From a bacterium (lineage in GTDB: Bacteria; SAR324; XYD2-FULL-50-16): 64,000 nucleotides of DNA. The DNA lies in contig JAOZRE010000002.1 of the NCBI GenBank assembly GCA_029940215.1, positions 1,433-65,432 of the forward strand, given 5' to 3'. The notes under the pieces were generated by a model. That model was not told where the DNA came from and searched no databases. It saw nothing but the letters and a program-made list of their open reading frames with translations. Made by a program: the position numbers and the translations under genes. Shown here in pieces: positions 1-10,764 of this stretch (within the stretch, counting starts at the first letter, position 1; each line of letters starts with the position of its first letter).

Positions 1-2
1 TT

Positions 3-416
3 TCAAATCTGGTCGCAGACGACACCCCTTTCCTCAAGGATGAACGCATCAACCGGATAAACGCCCTGCGCCGGGTACTGGATAATCCCGATCTGACCAT
101 CAGCGAAAAATATCGCCGTAGCATGGAAGCTCTGTTCATAGAGGCTGAGTACGGCAGCACCATCGAAGTATACAGCCAGACAATCAACACCGGCGGGCAG
201 GAGTTGACAGCCAGTATATTCAGGTTGGGGCGGATCTCACTCTTCTTCCAGAGTCCTGACAAAAACCTGACAGGCTACTATGACCTCCGTGAGAAAGCTT
301 GGAAAGTGTTTCCTGACAGTTATATTCGTGATATCAACATCGCCTTTGAAATTGCCGGCAAGCGTCGCCCGGTCAAAATCGTCAACCTTCCACTGGGGAG
401 GCTGGCCATTCCATGA
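3..416 (+). CDS. DUF3450-family periplasmic TonB-system accessory protein, 5'-truncated by the window edge
   Basis: Frame open from base 3: ..DDTPFLKDERINRINALRRVLDNPDLTISEKYRRSMEALFIEAEYG..RLGRISLFF, matching the DUF3450 pattern; overlaps the next gene (ATGA). Confidence 0.8.
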   Translation, partial: SNLVADDTPFLKDERINRINALRRVLDNPDLTISEKYRRSMEALFIEAEYGSTIEVYSQTINTGGQELTASIFRLGRISLFFQSPDKNLTGYYDLREKAWKVFPDSYIRDINIAFEIAGKRRPVKIVNLPLGRLAIP

Positions 417-1864
417 TAAGCAAACACACCCTATATCACTGCCTGGTTTGCCTGCTCCTGTTTTTAGCCCCATCCACCTTGACTGCTGCAGATATGCGAG
501 TTACAGAGCAAGCAGTTGCAACCCGAAAGACGGAGCTACTGAATCAGGTCCGGGCGGAAAAACAGGAGGCTGGTAAAGAGGCCCTGAAAAGCAGACAGAA
601 GTTGGACACTGAGCGGCTATCCCTGCTAAGCGACATCCGAAAGTTGAAAAGACAAAACAGCGCGGCTCAGACAGCGAACAAGAAAAAGAGGGCTGAACTG
701 CAACGACTGGAAGCCGGCAGAAAGAAGCTGCAGAAACAGCAGGAACAGATCGACGCAGTTTCCAGAGAACTGATCGGATTCATGCGGGTCAATGCAAAGG
801 ACCTGGATGCCCTCATCAGTCAAAGCCAGCAGAGTGCATTTATTCAGGATCGGGGCACATTTATTCAGCGCCTGCTGAAAAGCGAAAATTATCCGGACAT
901 GACGGATGTTCGCAACATGACTACCCTTCTGCTGGAAGAGATTCAACTTTCCGGCGAGGTCAGAATTCAGGAGCATTCCCTGGTGAGCAGGTCAGGAGAA
1001 GCAGTGATCACCCCCATACTGGTACTTGGCAATTTCACAACCGCCTACCGGACAGATGAGGAAACTGGCTTCGCTTTGTATTCCGAAAAAAGCCGGAGGC
1101 TCTTTGCCCTCTCCCGAACACCAGCCGGCAGCGTTCAAAGTCGCATCGAACGCTACATGAAAGGGGAATCCATCACCGTTCCCATCGATATCTCCCAGGG
1201 CAGCGCCCTACGCCAGATTTCAAGCGGGCTCAATTTCGTTGAGCAGATTGCCGCTGGCGGCCCCGTCGTCTGGCCCATTGTCGGGATTTTCCTTTTTGGA
1301 CTATTGATTGTGATGGAGCGGCTGTTTTTCCTGTTGCGTCGCCACATTAACGCAGAGAAACTGAGCGAACAGCTTAACACACTGGCCCTGAACAGCCAGT
1401 GGCAGGCGTGTGCAACTCTACTCAAGTCCTACCGGGGCAAACCCTTGGCAGTAGTGCTCAGTACCGCATTGAAACACCGGCAGATGAAACGGGAGGACAT
1501 TGAAAACGCATTGCAGGAAACCATTCTGGGCCAGATCCCTCCTCTGGAGCGATTTCTTTCCACGCTGGGCATGATCGCATCCATCGCTCCCCTGCTGGGT
1601 CTGCTGGGAACTGTTACGGGGATGATCAACACCTTTCACGCCATCACCTACTTCGGCACCGGTGACGCCAAGATGATGTCAGGAGGCATATCTGAAGCCT
1701 TGGTTACCACTATGCTGGGCCTAGCGGTGGCTATCCCCATCATGTTTTCCCACACTCTGCTCTCCCGATTTGTGGAGAACCTGATCGCACAGATGGAGGA
1801 GAAAGCAGTGGCCTTCGTCAACACCATCGAGAAGGTCAAGGAGGAGTATGATCCTGCAGCTTAG
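413..1864 (+). CDS. Long MotA/TolQ/ExbB-family protein with N-terminal periplasmic coiled coil (TtpC-type)
   Basis: Signal peptide, coiled coil, then ExbB channel motifs APLLGLLGTVTGMI and GGISEALVTT. Confidence 0.9.
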   Translation: MISKHTLYHCLVCLLLFLAPSTLTAADMRVTEQAVATRKTELLNQVRAEKQEAGKEALKSRQKLDTERLSLLSDIRKLKRQNSAAQTANKKKRAELQRLEAGRKKLQKQQEQIDAVSRELIGFMRVNAKDLDALISQSQQSAFIQDRGTFIQRLLKSENYPDMTDVRNMTTLLLEEIQLSGEVRIQEHSLVSRSGEAVITPILVLGNFTTAYRTDEETGFALYSEKSRRLFALSRTPAGSVQSRIERYMKGESITVPIDISQGSALRQISSGLNFVEQIAAGGPVVWPIVGIFLFGLLIVMERLFFLLRRHINAEKLSEQLNTLALNSQWQACATLLKSYRGKPLAVVLSTALKHRQMKREDIENALQETILGQIPPLERFLSTLGMIASIAPLLGLLGTVTGMINTFHAITYFGTGDAKMMSGGISEALVTTMLGLAVAIPIMFSHTLLSRFVENLIAQMEEKAVAFVNTIEKVKEEYDPAA

Positions 1865-2459
1865 AGAGGTTTATCTGCAGGCAGAGGGCTACGTGTTGGG
1901 CGGCGGGGTGGTCATTGTACCCATTATCCTGATCTCAGTTGTAATGTGGACACTGATCCTCAACCGGGTCCTGTTCTTCAGGCGGCTGCACCGGAAAAAC
2001 ATGAGCCGGGTAGAAGCTGGACAGTGTATCCGGACAGGTAGAGAACCGGATCTCGATCAATACAGGGGCATCACCAGCCTACTGGTGAGACGCTTCCTCA
2101 GGAAGAAGACAGGCAACCGGGCTGTGGACAGACACATACTGGACGAGACGGTCATGCACACCGTTTCCTCCCTGGACAACTACCTGGCAGTCATCCAGGT
2201 GCTGGCCGGCATGGCACCACTTCTGGGCCTCCTGGGAACTGTCACCGGCATGATCACCACCTTCAATGTCATCGCCGGATACGGAACAGGAAACGCACGG
2301 GCCATGGCCGGCGGTATTTCCGAGGCCCTGATTACGACACAATCAGGGCTGCTGGTTGCTATTCCCGGCCTTTATATGGCCGGGTTCCTGAAAAAACGGG
2401 CGGAAAACCTGAAACAACGGCTGGCATCTGTCGGGCTGTATCTTTTAAACCATATCTGA
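1848..2459 (+). CDS. exbB: ExbB/MotA/TolQ proton-channel protein
   Basis: APLLGLLGTVTGMITTF and GGISEALITTQSGL motifs; operon context. Confidence 0.9.
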   Translation: MILQLREVYLQAEGYVLGGGVVIVPIILISVVMWTLILNRVLFFRRLHRKNMSRVEAGQCIRTGREPDLDQYRGITSLLVRRFLRKKTGNRAVDRHILDETVMHTVSSLDNYLAVIQVLAGMAPLLGLLGTVTGMITTFNVIAGYGTGNARAMAGGISEALITTQSGLLVAIPGLYMAGFLKKRAENLKQRLASVGLYLLNHI

Positions 2460-2467
2460 GTCAACCC

Positions 2468-2890
2468 ATGCTGAACATTACTGCTGCCAGAAAGGGAAAG
2501 AAACAGCCGCTGGAATTGAATATGGCGCCTCTGATCGATATGGTATTCATTCTGCTGATCTTCTTTATTGTCACCACCAGTTTCGTCAAGGAGACCGGTA
2601 TTAAGATCAATCGACCGACCGCTTCAACTGCCATCGCCAAAACCCGGTCCAGCATTATGATCGGCATCACCAGTGATAATCGGATTTTCATGAACTCAAG
2701 AGAAATTGATTTTCGAGCAGTCAGGGGCAACGTAGAGCGAGCTCTGGCAGAGAACCCCGAGGGAGAGGTCGTCATCGTGGCAGATATGGACAGTTCCACC
2801 CGTGCTGTGATCACGGCCATGGACGCCTGCAAATTGGCAGGCGCCGATAACGTCTCCATTGCCGCCAGTCATCCTTCAACAGCTGAATAG
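2468..2890 (+). CDS. exbD: Biopolymer transport protein ExbD
   Basis: NMAPLIDMVFILLIFFIVTTSF transmembrane motif with the conserved Asp. Confidence 0.92.
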   Translation: MLNITAARKGKKQPLELNMAPLIDMVFILLIFFIVTTSFVKETGIKINRPTASTAIAKTRSSIMIGITSDNRIFMNSREIDFRAVRGNVERALAENPEGEVVIVADMDSSTRAVITAMDACKLAGADNVSIAASHPSTAE

Positions 2891-2898
2891 GATCAGAG

Positions 2899-3588
2899 AT
2901 GGACAGCGCCCAGCAATCAATATTTATCAATAAATTCCGCGCATGGGGAATCCCCATTCTGGCAGCCCTGCTGCTAAATGGCCTTCTAATAAGCTTCATC
3001 CCAGGGCTGATGGATCCTATTTCAGAAAGAAAACTGGATATTGAGTCAATTCAGGGCTTCAGGATGGTGCGTATTAAATCCCCTGTACCGAAAAACAAAG
3101 AACAGATCTTCCCGGAAAAACGGATGATCACATCACCTGAGAAACAATCACTACTGGAAAACCCTTTGATGGCGGACAGTGGCCAACCCAACCTGACACT
3201 GGATTTGAAAACCGATATGCCAGCTCCTACCTACAGCCGGGAGCTGAAGGTTAAGTTGAATTTCGACCTGCCAACCCCAGGCGCAGCGCTCTACTCCCTG
3301 GATGAGATCGACAGCCCATTGCTGCCACTGGTACGAACGCCACCTCTTTACCCCAGGCAAGCTCAAAGAAGGGGCATTCAGGGGTGGGTAGATGTCGAGT
3401 TTATTGTCAACGTTTCAGGCAGGGTCGAAACTGTCACCATCATCCAGGCAAAACCACCAGGGATATACGATCAGAGTGTAATCCGCGCCATCTCCAGCTG
3501 GCGCTTCAGCCCGGGAACCGTCAGCGGCAAGCCCGTCAACATCCGGATCAGGCAAAGACTGCAGTTCAGGTTGGGTCATGAAAAATAG
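2899..3588 (+). CDS. tonB: Energy transducer TonB
   Basis: N-terminal TM helix; C-terminal YPRQAQRRGIQGWVDVEFIV..WRFSP TonB domain. Confidence 0.9.
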   Translation: MDSAQQSIFINKFRAWGIPILAALLLNGLLISFIPGLMDPISERKLDIESIQGFRMVRIKSPVPKNKEQIFPEKRMITSPEKQSLLENPLMADSGQPNLTLDLKTDMPAPTYSRELKVKLNFDLPTPGAALYSLDEIDSPLLPLVRTPPLYPRQAQRRGIQGWVDVEFIVNVSGRVETVTIIQAKPPGIYDQSVIRAISSWRFSPGTVSGKPVNIRIRQRLQFRLGHEK

Positions 3589-4885
3589 CAAGGGCCTGCT
3601 GTTCATTCTGATCTGTTTGTACCTGACCGGGGTGGTCGCTGCTCCATCTGCTTCCGCCGCCGATAAGATTCCCGGAAAAGCTCACCGGGTGCTGACGGAA
3701 GTTTCACGGCTTCTGTCGAACCGTCAATACGAGGAGGCGATTCACCAGCTTGAATCCTTTCAAAGCCTGGCGCCTGAAAAGAGCAGACAATCCAAAAAGG
3801 GAGGGAACCATCATTTCCTCATCACCTTCGCTCTTGGAAACAGTTACCTGGGGGCAAACCGGCCTGAGGACGCCGTGAAGGCGTACCAGCTGGTCTTGAA
3901 TGACCGGCCGGACTATGTTCCGGCCGGATCCAATCTGGGGAAAACCTGGTATCAGCTGGGACGGTTTGAACAGGCAGCTGAGACCTTCAGCCGGGCTTAT
4001 GAGATGTCCAGAAAGCAAAAGTCCCGGCTACTCTATCTCACAGCAGTCAGTTTGTTGTCAGCCGGATTGCCCGCCTCGGCGCTCGAAAAAATGCAACTGC
4101 TGGCAAGAGAGCACCCCGACGCCATCGGGACATCGGAACTGGAGACACAGGTCCGTATTTTGTTTGCCCTGAATCGAAACCGGGAGGCACTACCCGTCAT
4201 TCGGGAGATTATTTCGGTAAGCAATGGCACCCGCTTGAAAAAGTGGCGTGAGATATTGCTTCATCAGTATATGGCATTGAATATGCGGCAGGCAGCCCTC
4301 CGCTTTGCAGAGGAGCTGATCAATGAAGAACCGCTGGAACCTTCATGGTGGAAAGGGGTGGCCAGTGTCCACCTCTCCGAAAAAAACCATGAAAAAGCGT
4401 TGATGGCCATGATAGTTGTCCGTCAATTAACCCCCCTGACAACAGAAGAGAAAAAACTGGTGGCATCACTGAACCTGTTTCTCGATATTCCGATCCAGTC
4501 AGCCCAGGTCTATGAAGGACTGCCCCTGTCAGAGATGACACCTGGAGCCGTCAAAGCACTGGTTCACAGTTACCTGAAACTGGACGACATCAAAGCTGCG
4601 CAGAAGTGGCTTGAGTATGGTGTACAGCAATACACGGACAAGGACCTGCTGCATCTGAAGGCCAACCTGCACTTTGAGCAGGAACAGTTCGAGGCCGCCA
4701 GCAACAGTTACGAGCAGTTGGTCATGTCATACCCAGACATGGGACAGGCGTGGTTGATGTGGGGTTACTCTGCCTGGATGCATGAAGAACCAGTCACTGC
4801 CCGCAAGGCGCTCACCCAAGCAGGCACTTTCAACGAACAGAGGTCATTCGCCCGCGCAATCCTGAAACAGATGGACAACCATTGA
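3578..4885 (+). CDS. Periplasmic tetratricopeptide-repeat protein of the TonB cluster
   Basis: Signal peptide; repeated TPR-like helices (FALGNSYL, NLGKTWYQLG); follows tonB. Confidence 0.8.
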   Translation: MKNSKGLLFILICLYLTGVVAAPSASAADKIPGKAHRVLTEVSRLLSNRQYEEAIHQLESFQSLAPEKSRQSKKGGNHHFLITFALGNSYLGANRPEDAVKAYQLVLNDRPDYVPAGSNLGKTWYQLGRFEQAAETFSRAYEMSRKQKSRLLYLTAVSLLSAGLPASALEKMQLLAREHPDAIGTSELETQVRILFALNRNREALPVIREIISVSNGTRLKKWREILLHQYMALNMRQAALRFAEELINEEPLEPSWWKGVASVHLSEKNHEKALMAMIVVRQLTPLTTEEKKLVASLNLFLDIPIQSAQVYEGLPLSEMTPGAVKALVHSYLKLDDIKAAQKWLEYGVQQYTDKDLLHLKANLHFEQEQFEAASNSYEQLVMSYPDMGQAWLMWGYSAWMHEEPVTARKALTQAGTFNEQRSFARAILKQMDNH

Positions 4886-5796
4886 AAAAACGACCGCTCT
4901 CATTCATGCTGTTTTTCATCATGGCAAGCCTGATTGGCACCAATAGCTTTGCCGAAAAAACGGTAACCGACCCCATCGGGCGCACAATGACGATTCCTGA
5001 TCATCCCGTGCGGATTATTTCACTGGCTCCAAGCATCACCGAGATTATCTTTTCGCTGGAACAGCAACATCGACTGGTCGGCGCCACACGCTACAGCAAT
5101 TATCCTGAAGCTGCTTCCAGATTGCCACGTGTTGGATCTTATATCCGGTTGGATCTCGAACGGATCCTCGCCCTGCGTCCCGACATGTGTATTGCGGTTA
5201 AGGACGGTAATCCCATCGTCGTCGTCCGGCGGCTGATGGAGCTGGGTATTCCGGTTTATGCAGTGGACCCCCATAATGTCACAGCGGTGATGGAGACCGT
5301 TCAGGCAATCGGGGAACTGCTCGATGCCGGTCAGACAAGCCGCAGACTGCTGGATCAGATGCAGGGCCGAATCGACAGGGTTCAAAGCCGGGTTGCCTCC
5401 GTCAGCAAAAAACCACGCGTGTTCCTGCAAATCGGCATTTCTCCGATGGTTTCGGTTGGACCGAACACCCTGGCAGATGAAATGATAACCCTGGCTGGCG
5501 GCAGGAACGTGGTTGAAGGTGAAAACCAGTATCCGGTGTTCTCAAAAGAGCAGATTCTCGGGCTGGCACCAGACATCTATATTATCACCTCCATGGCCCG
5601 GGAGAAAATTTTTGAGGATATCAGGCAGGAGTGGCAACAGTGGCCGCAAATGCCGGCCGTCCGCAACAACCGGATCTATCTGATCAACTCGGACCTGACC
5701 GATCGCCCATCACCCCGCTTGCTGGATGGCCTGGAGTGTATCGCCGCCGCCATTCACCCGGACCGTTTTAACGTCAAGCAGTTCAATTGCAGGTAA
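4882..5796 (+). CDS. btuF: Cobalamin/iron-chelate ABC transporter binding protein (BtuF-like)
   Basis: RIISLAPSITEIIFSL, SNYP, ERILALRPD and RPSPRL motifs typical of BtuF; TTG start. Confidence 0.75.
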   Translation: MKKRPLSFMLFFIMASLIGTNSFAEKTVTDPIGRTMTIPDHPVRIISLAPSITEIIFSLEQQHRLVGATRYSNYPEAASRLPRVGSYIRLDLERILALRPDMCIAVKDGNPIVVVRRLMELGIPVYAVDPHNVTAVMETVQAIGELLDAGQTSRRLLDQMQGRIDRVQSRVASVSKKPRVFLQIGISPMVSVGPNTLADEMITLAGGRNVVEGENQYPVFSKEQILGLAPDIYIITSMAREKIFEDIRQEWQQWPQMPAVRNNRIYLINSDLTDRPSPRLLDGLECIAAAIHPDRFNVKQFNCR

Positions 5797-6785
5797 CCAT
5801 GATTAAACGCATTGCACTCATCTCGATCATCCTGACAGCTGTTCTGCTGCTGACTATGCTGTTGGGGATATCCGTCGGATCATCCGACCGGAATATGATG
5901 CACACGCTGAATGCAATCATACACCCGGAACGGGAGCCGGTTCTATCGGCCATCGTATACAAGATCCGGTTTCCAAGAGTGTTGCTGGCTGTCATTGCTG
6001 GAGCGGTTCTCTCACTGGGCGGCGTTGTCTTCCAGTCTATCCTGCGAAATCCATTGGCAGAACCATACATCCTTGGAATTTCCGGTGGGGCCGCCATCGG
6101 CGCTATTCTCGGTATTATCATGGGGTTCGCACGATTTCCCGGCGTCGGCTTCACCGCATTTGCCGGCAGTATCCTCAGCCTGATACTGATTCTCTACCTG
6201 TCGAGCGGGCAGACACTTTTTCAGAAAGACCGGTTGCTGCTCTCCGGCGTGATGGTCAACGCTTTCTGCTCAGCTGTGATCATGTTCCTGGTTTCCATCA
6301 CCCGGGACGCCCGCCTGCACAATATCATGTTCTGGCTAATGGGGGACTTCTCAGCCATCAACACAGTGCAGGCCTCCCTGCTACTGGTCATGCTTATCCC
6401 CTGCTTCATCCTGATTTTTTTCCTGTCTCATACCCTGAATCTGCTGAGCATGGGCAAGGAGAGCGCCCAGTCAGCTGGAATCCAGACCCGGGTAATCGTA
6501 TTGGTACAGCTCGTAACCACCTCGTTTATGGTAAGCTTGGTGGTCGGTTATTGTGGGCTGCTGGGATTTGTCGGACTCGTGGTACCACATCTGATGAGAA
6601 TTCGACTGGGTCCTGACCACCGGGTCCTGATTCCAGCCTGTATTCTGGGTGGCGGCTCTTACATGGTCCTCTGCGATATCCTCGCACGCACCCTGCCGGA
6701 ACAGGGTGAAATGCCCACCGGTGTCATCACGGCATTGATCGGTGCCCCCCTGTTTATCTATTTTTTGAAGAGGGCGAAATCATGA
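5787..6785 (+). CDS. btuC: FecCD/BtuC-family ABC permease
   Basis: RFPRVLLA, RNPLAEPYILGISGGA, GFVGLVVPH motifs; may start at ATG 5799. Confidence 0.8.
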   Translation: MQVTMIKRIALISIILTAVLLLTMLLGISVGSSDRNMMHTLNAIIHPEREPVLSAIVYKIRFPRVLLAVIAGAVLSLGGVVFQSILRNPLAEPYILGISGGAAIGAILGIIMGFARFPGVGFTAFAGSILSLILILYLSSGQTLFQKDRLLLSGVMVNAFCSAVIMFLVSITRDARLHNIMFWLMGDFSAINTVQASLLLVMLIPCFILIFFLSHTLNLLSMGKESAQSAGIQTRVIVLVQLVTTSFMVSLVVGYCGLLGFVGLVVPHLMRIRLGPDHRVLIPACILGGGSYMVLCDILARTLPEQGEMPTGVITALIGAPLFIYFLKRAKS

Positions 6786-7612
6786 AAACCGCCATCGAGG
6801 TCAACAACCTGACTTGTCGTTACGACCACCGGGCCGTCGTGGACAGGATCTCCTTTTCTGTCAGAGAGGGTGAGTTCTTTATCATCATTGGTCCAAACGG
6901 ATCCGGGAAGTCTACCCTGATGAACACCGTTGCCGGCCTGTCTCCTTCTTCCGGCGGGGATGTTCTGATCAGAAACCGGCCACTGGCGGACTACCCGCGA
7001 AAGGTTCTGGCCCGCACTGTTGCCGTTGTGCGCCAGCAAGCCAGCATAGACTTTCCCTTTACCGTACGCGAAATCGTAATGATGGGGCGGACGCCACACC
7101 AGGGTCTGCTTGGACTGGAGAACAGCATAGACCAGGCTGCTGTCGATGAGGCGCTGTTGTTCACAGATCTGCAGGACCTGGCCAATCGGAACATCCACCA
7201 ACTCAGTGGAGGAGAGTGCCAGCGTGTCTTCATCGCACGAGCCATCTGTCAGGATCCGCAAATCATGTTACTGGACGAACCAACAGCCGCCTTGGACCTT
7301 GCCCACCAGACCCGTATTATGGACCTGATGGAAAAACTGAAAGTGGAAAAAGGGACAACCATTGTGATGATTTCCCATGATATCAACCTGGCCTCACTGT
7401 ACGCTGATACTCTTCTGTTGGTAAAAGGGGGACAAACGGTCAAACAAGGTACCCCGGACACAGTCCTGACCTATGATATACTGGAGGATGCCTACGAATG
7501 TCACCTGCTGATGGATATCAGCCCGGTAAAATCACGTCCTCGAGTAACGCTGGTACCGGACTCCTATCTCAGAGGCATCACTGAAAAAGAAGCGAATCAC
7601 GGAGCGGATTGA
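6782..7612 (+). CDS. btuD: ABC ATPase, FepC/BtuD-type
   Basis: Walker A GPNGSGKS, LSGGE signature, LLDEPT Walker B, HD switch. Confidence 0.8.
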   Translation: MKTAIEVNNLTCRYDHRAVVDRISFSVREGEFFIIIGPNGSGKSTLMNTVAGLSPSSGGDVLIRNRPLADYPRKVLARTVAVVRQQASIDFPFTVREIVMMGRTPHQGLLGLENSIDQAAVDEALLFTDLQDLANRNIHQLSGGECQRVFIARAICQDPQIMLLDEPTAALDLAHQTRIMDLMEKLKVEKGTTIVMISHDINLASLYADTLLLVKGGQTVKQGTPDTVLTYDILEDAYECHLLMDISPVKSRPRVTLVPDSYLRGITEKEANHGAD

Positions 7613-7797
7613 GCTAAAAATTGATTCTTGAGCCAAATGTCACTCATCCCAACCAATTCTGAACCGTTCCTCCACGAACGCCAGTCCAATCATCCCTCTG
7701 CCCATACGAGTGGAAACCCACGCTATTATGATCACTCTTGCCATCGCCTTTAAATATTATCCTTTACTTTTCCACCTGATTTAGTCAGCATTGCGAT

Positions 7798-7813
7798 TGG
7801 AACTGGAATTGCA
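7798..7813 (+). promoter_or_regulatory. Sigma-54 (-24/-12) promoter of the dpp-type operon
   Basis: TGGAAC-TGGAA-TTGCA fits TGGCAC-N5-TTGCW with exact GG-N10-GC spacing, about 80 nt before the ATG at 7896. Confidence 0.6.
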
Positions 7814-7895
7814 GTAATACTCCGGTTAATGATTCAATTTTCTGGGCACCTCCCGCTATTTAGATGGTTTTGAACCCTGGAATGAAATAAACCAA

Positions 7896-8819
7896 ATGCA
7901 ACGATATATCATCAAGCGTTTTCTTTTTGGCCTCCTGACGATTTTTTCCACCATTACTGTTGTGTTTTTTGTAATGCGGGGTTTAAATCCAGCGGACCCA
8001 ACAGCAATCATGTTGCCGCCTGACGCTACCCCTGAACTGCAGCAGCGGCTGAAAGTCAAATTCGGCCTGGATAAGCCGTTGATCCAGCAATACGGCATCT
8101 ATCTCAAAAACGGGATTGTCGGCGATTTCGGCGAGTCCTTCCGTTACAGCGAGCCGGCTCTGGATCTTGTCGTCGAGAGGATACCGGCAACGCTGCAGCT
8201 GACAGTCAGCTCCCTGTTTTTCTCTGTTCTGATCGGCATGATCGTTGGCATTACATCCGGGGTCAAACGGGACAGCCTCTTTGACCGAGTAGGCAGGCAA
8301 CTCTCGCTGATAGGAATGGCAGTACCCTCTTTTGCCATCGCCCTCTTCTTTATCCTGACCTTCGGGGTAATGTGGCGCATATTTCCGATATCAGGACGGG
8401 GGGGACTCGATCACTTTGTCCTGCCGGTGGTCTCCATGTCCTTGTACGGGATCGCCGCGTTCATACGACTGAGCCGCTCCTCGATGATCGAGGTATTGAA
8501 GAGTGAGTATGTCGTCATGGCCCATATCAAAGGGGTCCCGAAAATCAAGATAATACTGGTGCACGCATTGAAAAACGGCTGTATTCCCGTGATAACCATC
8601 CTTGGACTTGTCATACCCGGATTGGTCATGGGATCGGTTGTGATCGAAACCATTTTCTCCTGGCCCGGAGTGGGAAACCTGGTGATGGTCTCCATCTTTG
8701 CAAGGGATTATCCGGTGGTACAAGTCATCGTCATTTTTATTTCCATCCTGATTGTCATGTCCAACCTGATGGTGGACATTCTATACGCATATCTTGACCC
8801 GAGAATCCGCTATCAATAG
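7896..8819 (+). CDS. dppB: Dipeptide/oligopeptide/nickel ABC permease (DppB-type)
   Basis: GLDKPLIQQY, GDFGES, EAA-like loop (AHIKG), IETIFSWPGVG, LDPRIR. Confidence 0.88.
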   Translation: MQRYIIKRFLFGLLTIFSTITVVFFVMRGLNPADPTAIMLPPDATPELQQRLKVKFGLDKPLIQQYGIYLKNGIVGDFGESFRYSEPALDLVVERIPATLQLTVSSLFFSVLIGMIVGITSGVKRDSLFDRVGRQLSLIGMAVPSFAIALFFILTFGVMWRIFPISGRGGLDHFVLPVVSMSLYGIAAFIRLSRSSMIEVLKSEYVVMAHIKGVPKIKIILVHALKNGCIPVITILGLVIPGLVMGSVVIETIFSWPGVGNLVMVSIFARDYPVVQVIVIFISILIVMSNLMVDILYAYLDPRIRYQ

Positions 8820-8871
8820 ACCAGAGGTATCCAAGCGGATTGGTTGACCCTAACATTATTAAATAAGAAAC

Positions 8872-9759
8872 ATGCCTGAATCATCAATGGATACACTGGA
8901 AGCAGAAGGCAGTGTCGAAGCCAAAAGCAGGGCTCGGAACAGAATCCCCTATATCGGATTGGGCTTTATCTCTATTTTTCTGTTTGTCGTTATATTTGGA
9001 CAATGGGTTGCCCCATATGATTATGACTACTGGGACATGGCCAATATCACACAACCGCCAGTCTGGCTGGAAGGTGGATCCTGGGAGCATATACTTGGCA
9101 CCGATCCCCTGGGCAGGGATGTGCTCAGCCGTATTATTCACGGATCCCGGTATTCACTGGCCATTGCGCTCTCCTGTATTGCCGTCTATGGCACCATCGG
9201 TATTATCCTGGGGCTGATCTCAGGTTTCCTGGGGGGAAATGTCGACATGGGGATCATGCGGCTTTGTGATCTCTGGATGGGTCTGCCGCCAATTATCACG
9301 GCCATCCTGGTCGTATCGGTCATGGGACCGTCATCACTCGCGATTATTGTATACATCGGACTTTCAGGATGGCCTGGCTATACCCGGATTGTCCGGGGGG
9401 AAACCATGAGCCTTGCCCAGAACGATTTCATCCGGCTGGCGCGGGTGGCTGGCTGCAGCAAATTTCGAATCATCACCTCCCATATTTTCCCGAACATTGT
9501 AAACACACTGACCATCCTGATCACGCTGGATATCGGCGGCCTGATTATTCTCACCGCCACATTGAGCTTTCTGGGACTGGGGACGCAACCCCCATCACCG
9601 GACTGGGGTCTGATGATGAATGAGGGCCGACAGTATATCACCTATGCCTGGTGGCTGATCGTATTCCCAGGTGTTGCCATTATGTTTGCCGTACTCGGTT
9701 TTAATCTCGTCGGGGATTGGCTGAGAGACGTTCTCGATCCAAAGCAGAAACTCAGATAA
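8872..9759 (+). CDS. dppC: Dipeptide/oligopeptide/nickel ABC permease (DppC-type)
   Basis: HILGTDPLGRDVLSRIIHG, LSFLGLG..PDWG, FNLVGDWLRDVLDP. Confidence 0.88.
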   Translation: MPESSMDTLEAEGSVEAKSRARNRIPYIGLGFISIFLFVVIFGQWVAPYDYDYWDMANITQPPVWLEGGSWEHILGTDPLGRDVLSRIIHGSRYSLAIALSCIAVYGTIGIILGLISGFLGGNVDMGIMRLCDLWMGLPPIITAILVVSVMGPSSLAIIVYIGLSGWPGYTRIVRGETMSLAQNDFIRLARVAGCSKFRIITSHIFPNIVNTLTILITLDIGGLIILTATLSFLGLGTQPPSPDWGLMMNEGRQYITYAWWLIVFPGVAIMFAVLGFNLVGDWLRDVLDPKQKLR

Positions 9760-9773
9760 GCCTGAAAAAAAAT

Positions 9774-10763
9774 ATGCAAACCAGCGAAAATATTCTGGAA
9801 TTGAAAGGCGTCAAGACCTATTTCTCCACCACAAAAGGCGTTGTAAAGGCTGTTGATGATATTTCTTTTTCCATCGGACGCGGCGAAATCGTCGGATTGG
9901 TCGGCGAGTCCGGCAGCGGAAAGAGCATGACCAGTCTCTCCATCATGGGACTGGTACCTCAACCTGCCGGTAAGACAGTCGCAGGGGAAATCCTGTTCCA
10001 CGGTGAAGATCTCTTGAAAAAAAACGATGAACAGATGCGGCAGATTCGAGGAGACAAAATATCCATGATTCTGCAAGACCCCATGGTCTCCCTGAACCAG
10101 ATTCTATCGGTCAAGTACCAGATCGGCGAAGTCTTTCGGTATCACGATAAAAGCATTCTTGGTTCCCTGAAAGAGATGTGCATCGGGGTTCTCAAAAAAG
10201 TCAAGGTCCCGTCCCCTGAATTGCGGGTTAACGACTACCCGTTTCAATTCAGTGGTGGAATGTGCCAGCGAACTATTATCGGGATGGGTATCGCAAACGG
10301 ACCGGATCTGTTGATCGCTGACGAACCGACAACCGCTCTGGACGTGACCATACAGGCCCAGGTGCTGCAGCTGATGAAGCAGGTTCAGGAAGAGACAAAT
10401 GCCGCTATTCTGATGATTACCCATGATTTGGGCACGGTTGCACAATTGTGCACCCGCGTACTGGTCATGTACGCTGGACGGATCATCGAAAAGGCACCGG
10501 TGAATACATTTTACAAGAATCCGTCTCATCCGTATGCCATCGGATTGATTAAATCGGTGCCGGTTCTGGGACGCAAAAGCGATCGTCTTTATTCCATTGA
10601 AGGACAGCCTCCGAACCTGCTCAACCCACCCACAGGCTGCCGATTTGCTGCCAGGTGCGAGCAGGCAATGCCAATCTGCACACAAGAGTATCCACCAGAG
10701 GTTTCCCTGGAAGCCGACCATCAGGTATCATGCTGGCTTTTTGCCGAAAAGGGAGAACAGTAG
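9774..10763 (+). CDS. dppD: Peptide ABC ATPase (DppD-type)
   Basis: [25 protein letters not shown]-terminal [10 protein letters not shown]; start set at ATG 9774 after the dppC stop. Confidence 0.88.
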   Translation: MQTSENILELKGVKTYFSTTKGVVKAVDDISFSIGRGEIVGLVGESGSGKSMTSLSIMGLVPQPAGKTVAGEILFHGEDLLKKNDEQMRQIRGDKISMILQDPMVSLNQILSVKYQIGEVFRYHDKSILGSLKEMCIGVLKKVKVPSPELRVNDYPFQFSGGMCQRTIIGMGIANGPDLLIADEPTTALDVTIQAQVLQLMKQVQEETNAAILMITHDLGTVAQLCTRVLVMYAGRIIEKAPVNTFYKNPSHPYAIGLIKSVPVLGRKSDRLYSIEGQPPNLLNPPTGCRFAARCEQAMPICTQEYPPEVSLEADHQVSCWLFAEKGEQ

Positions 10764-10764
10764 A

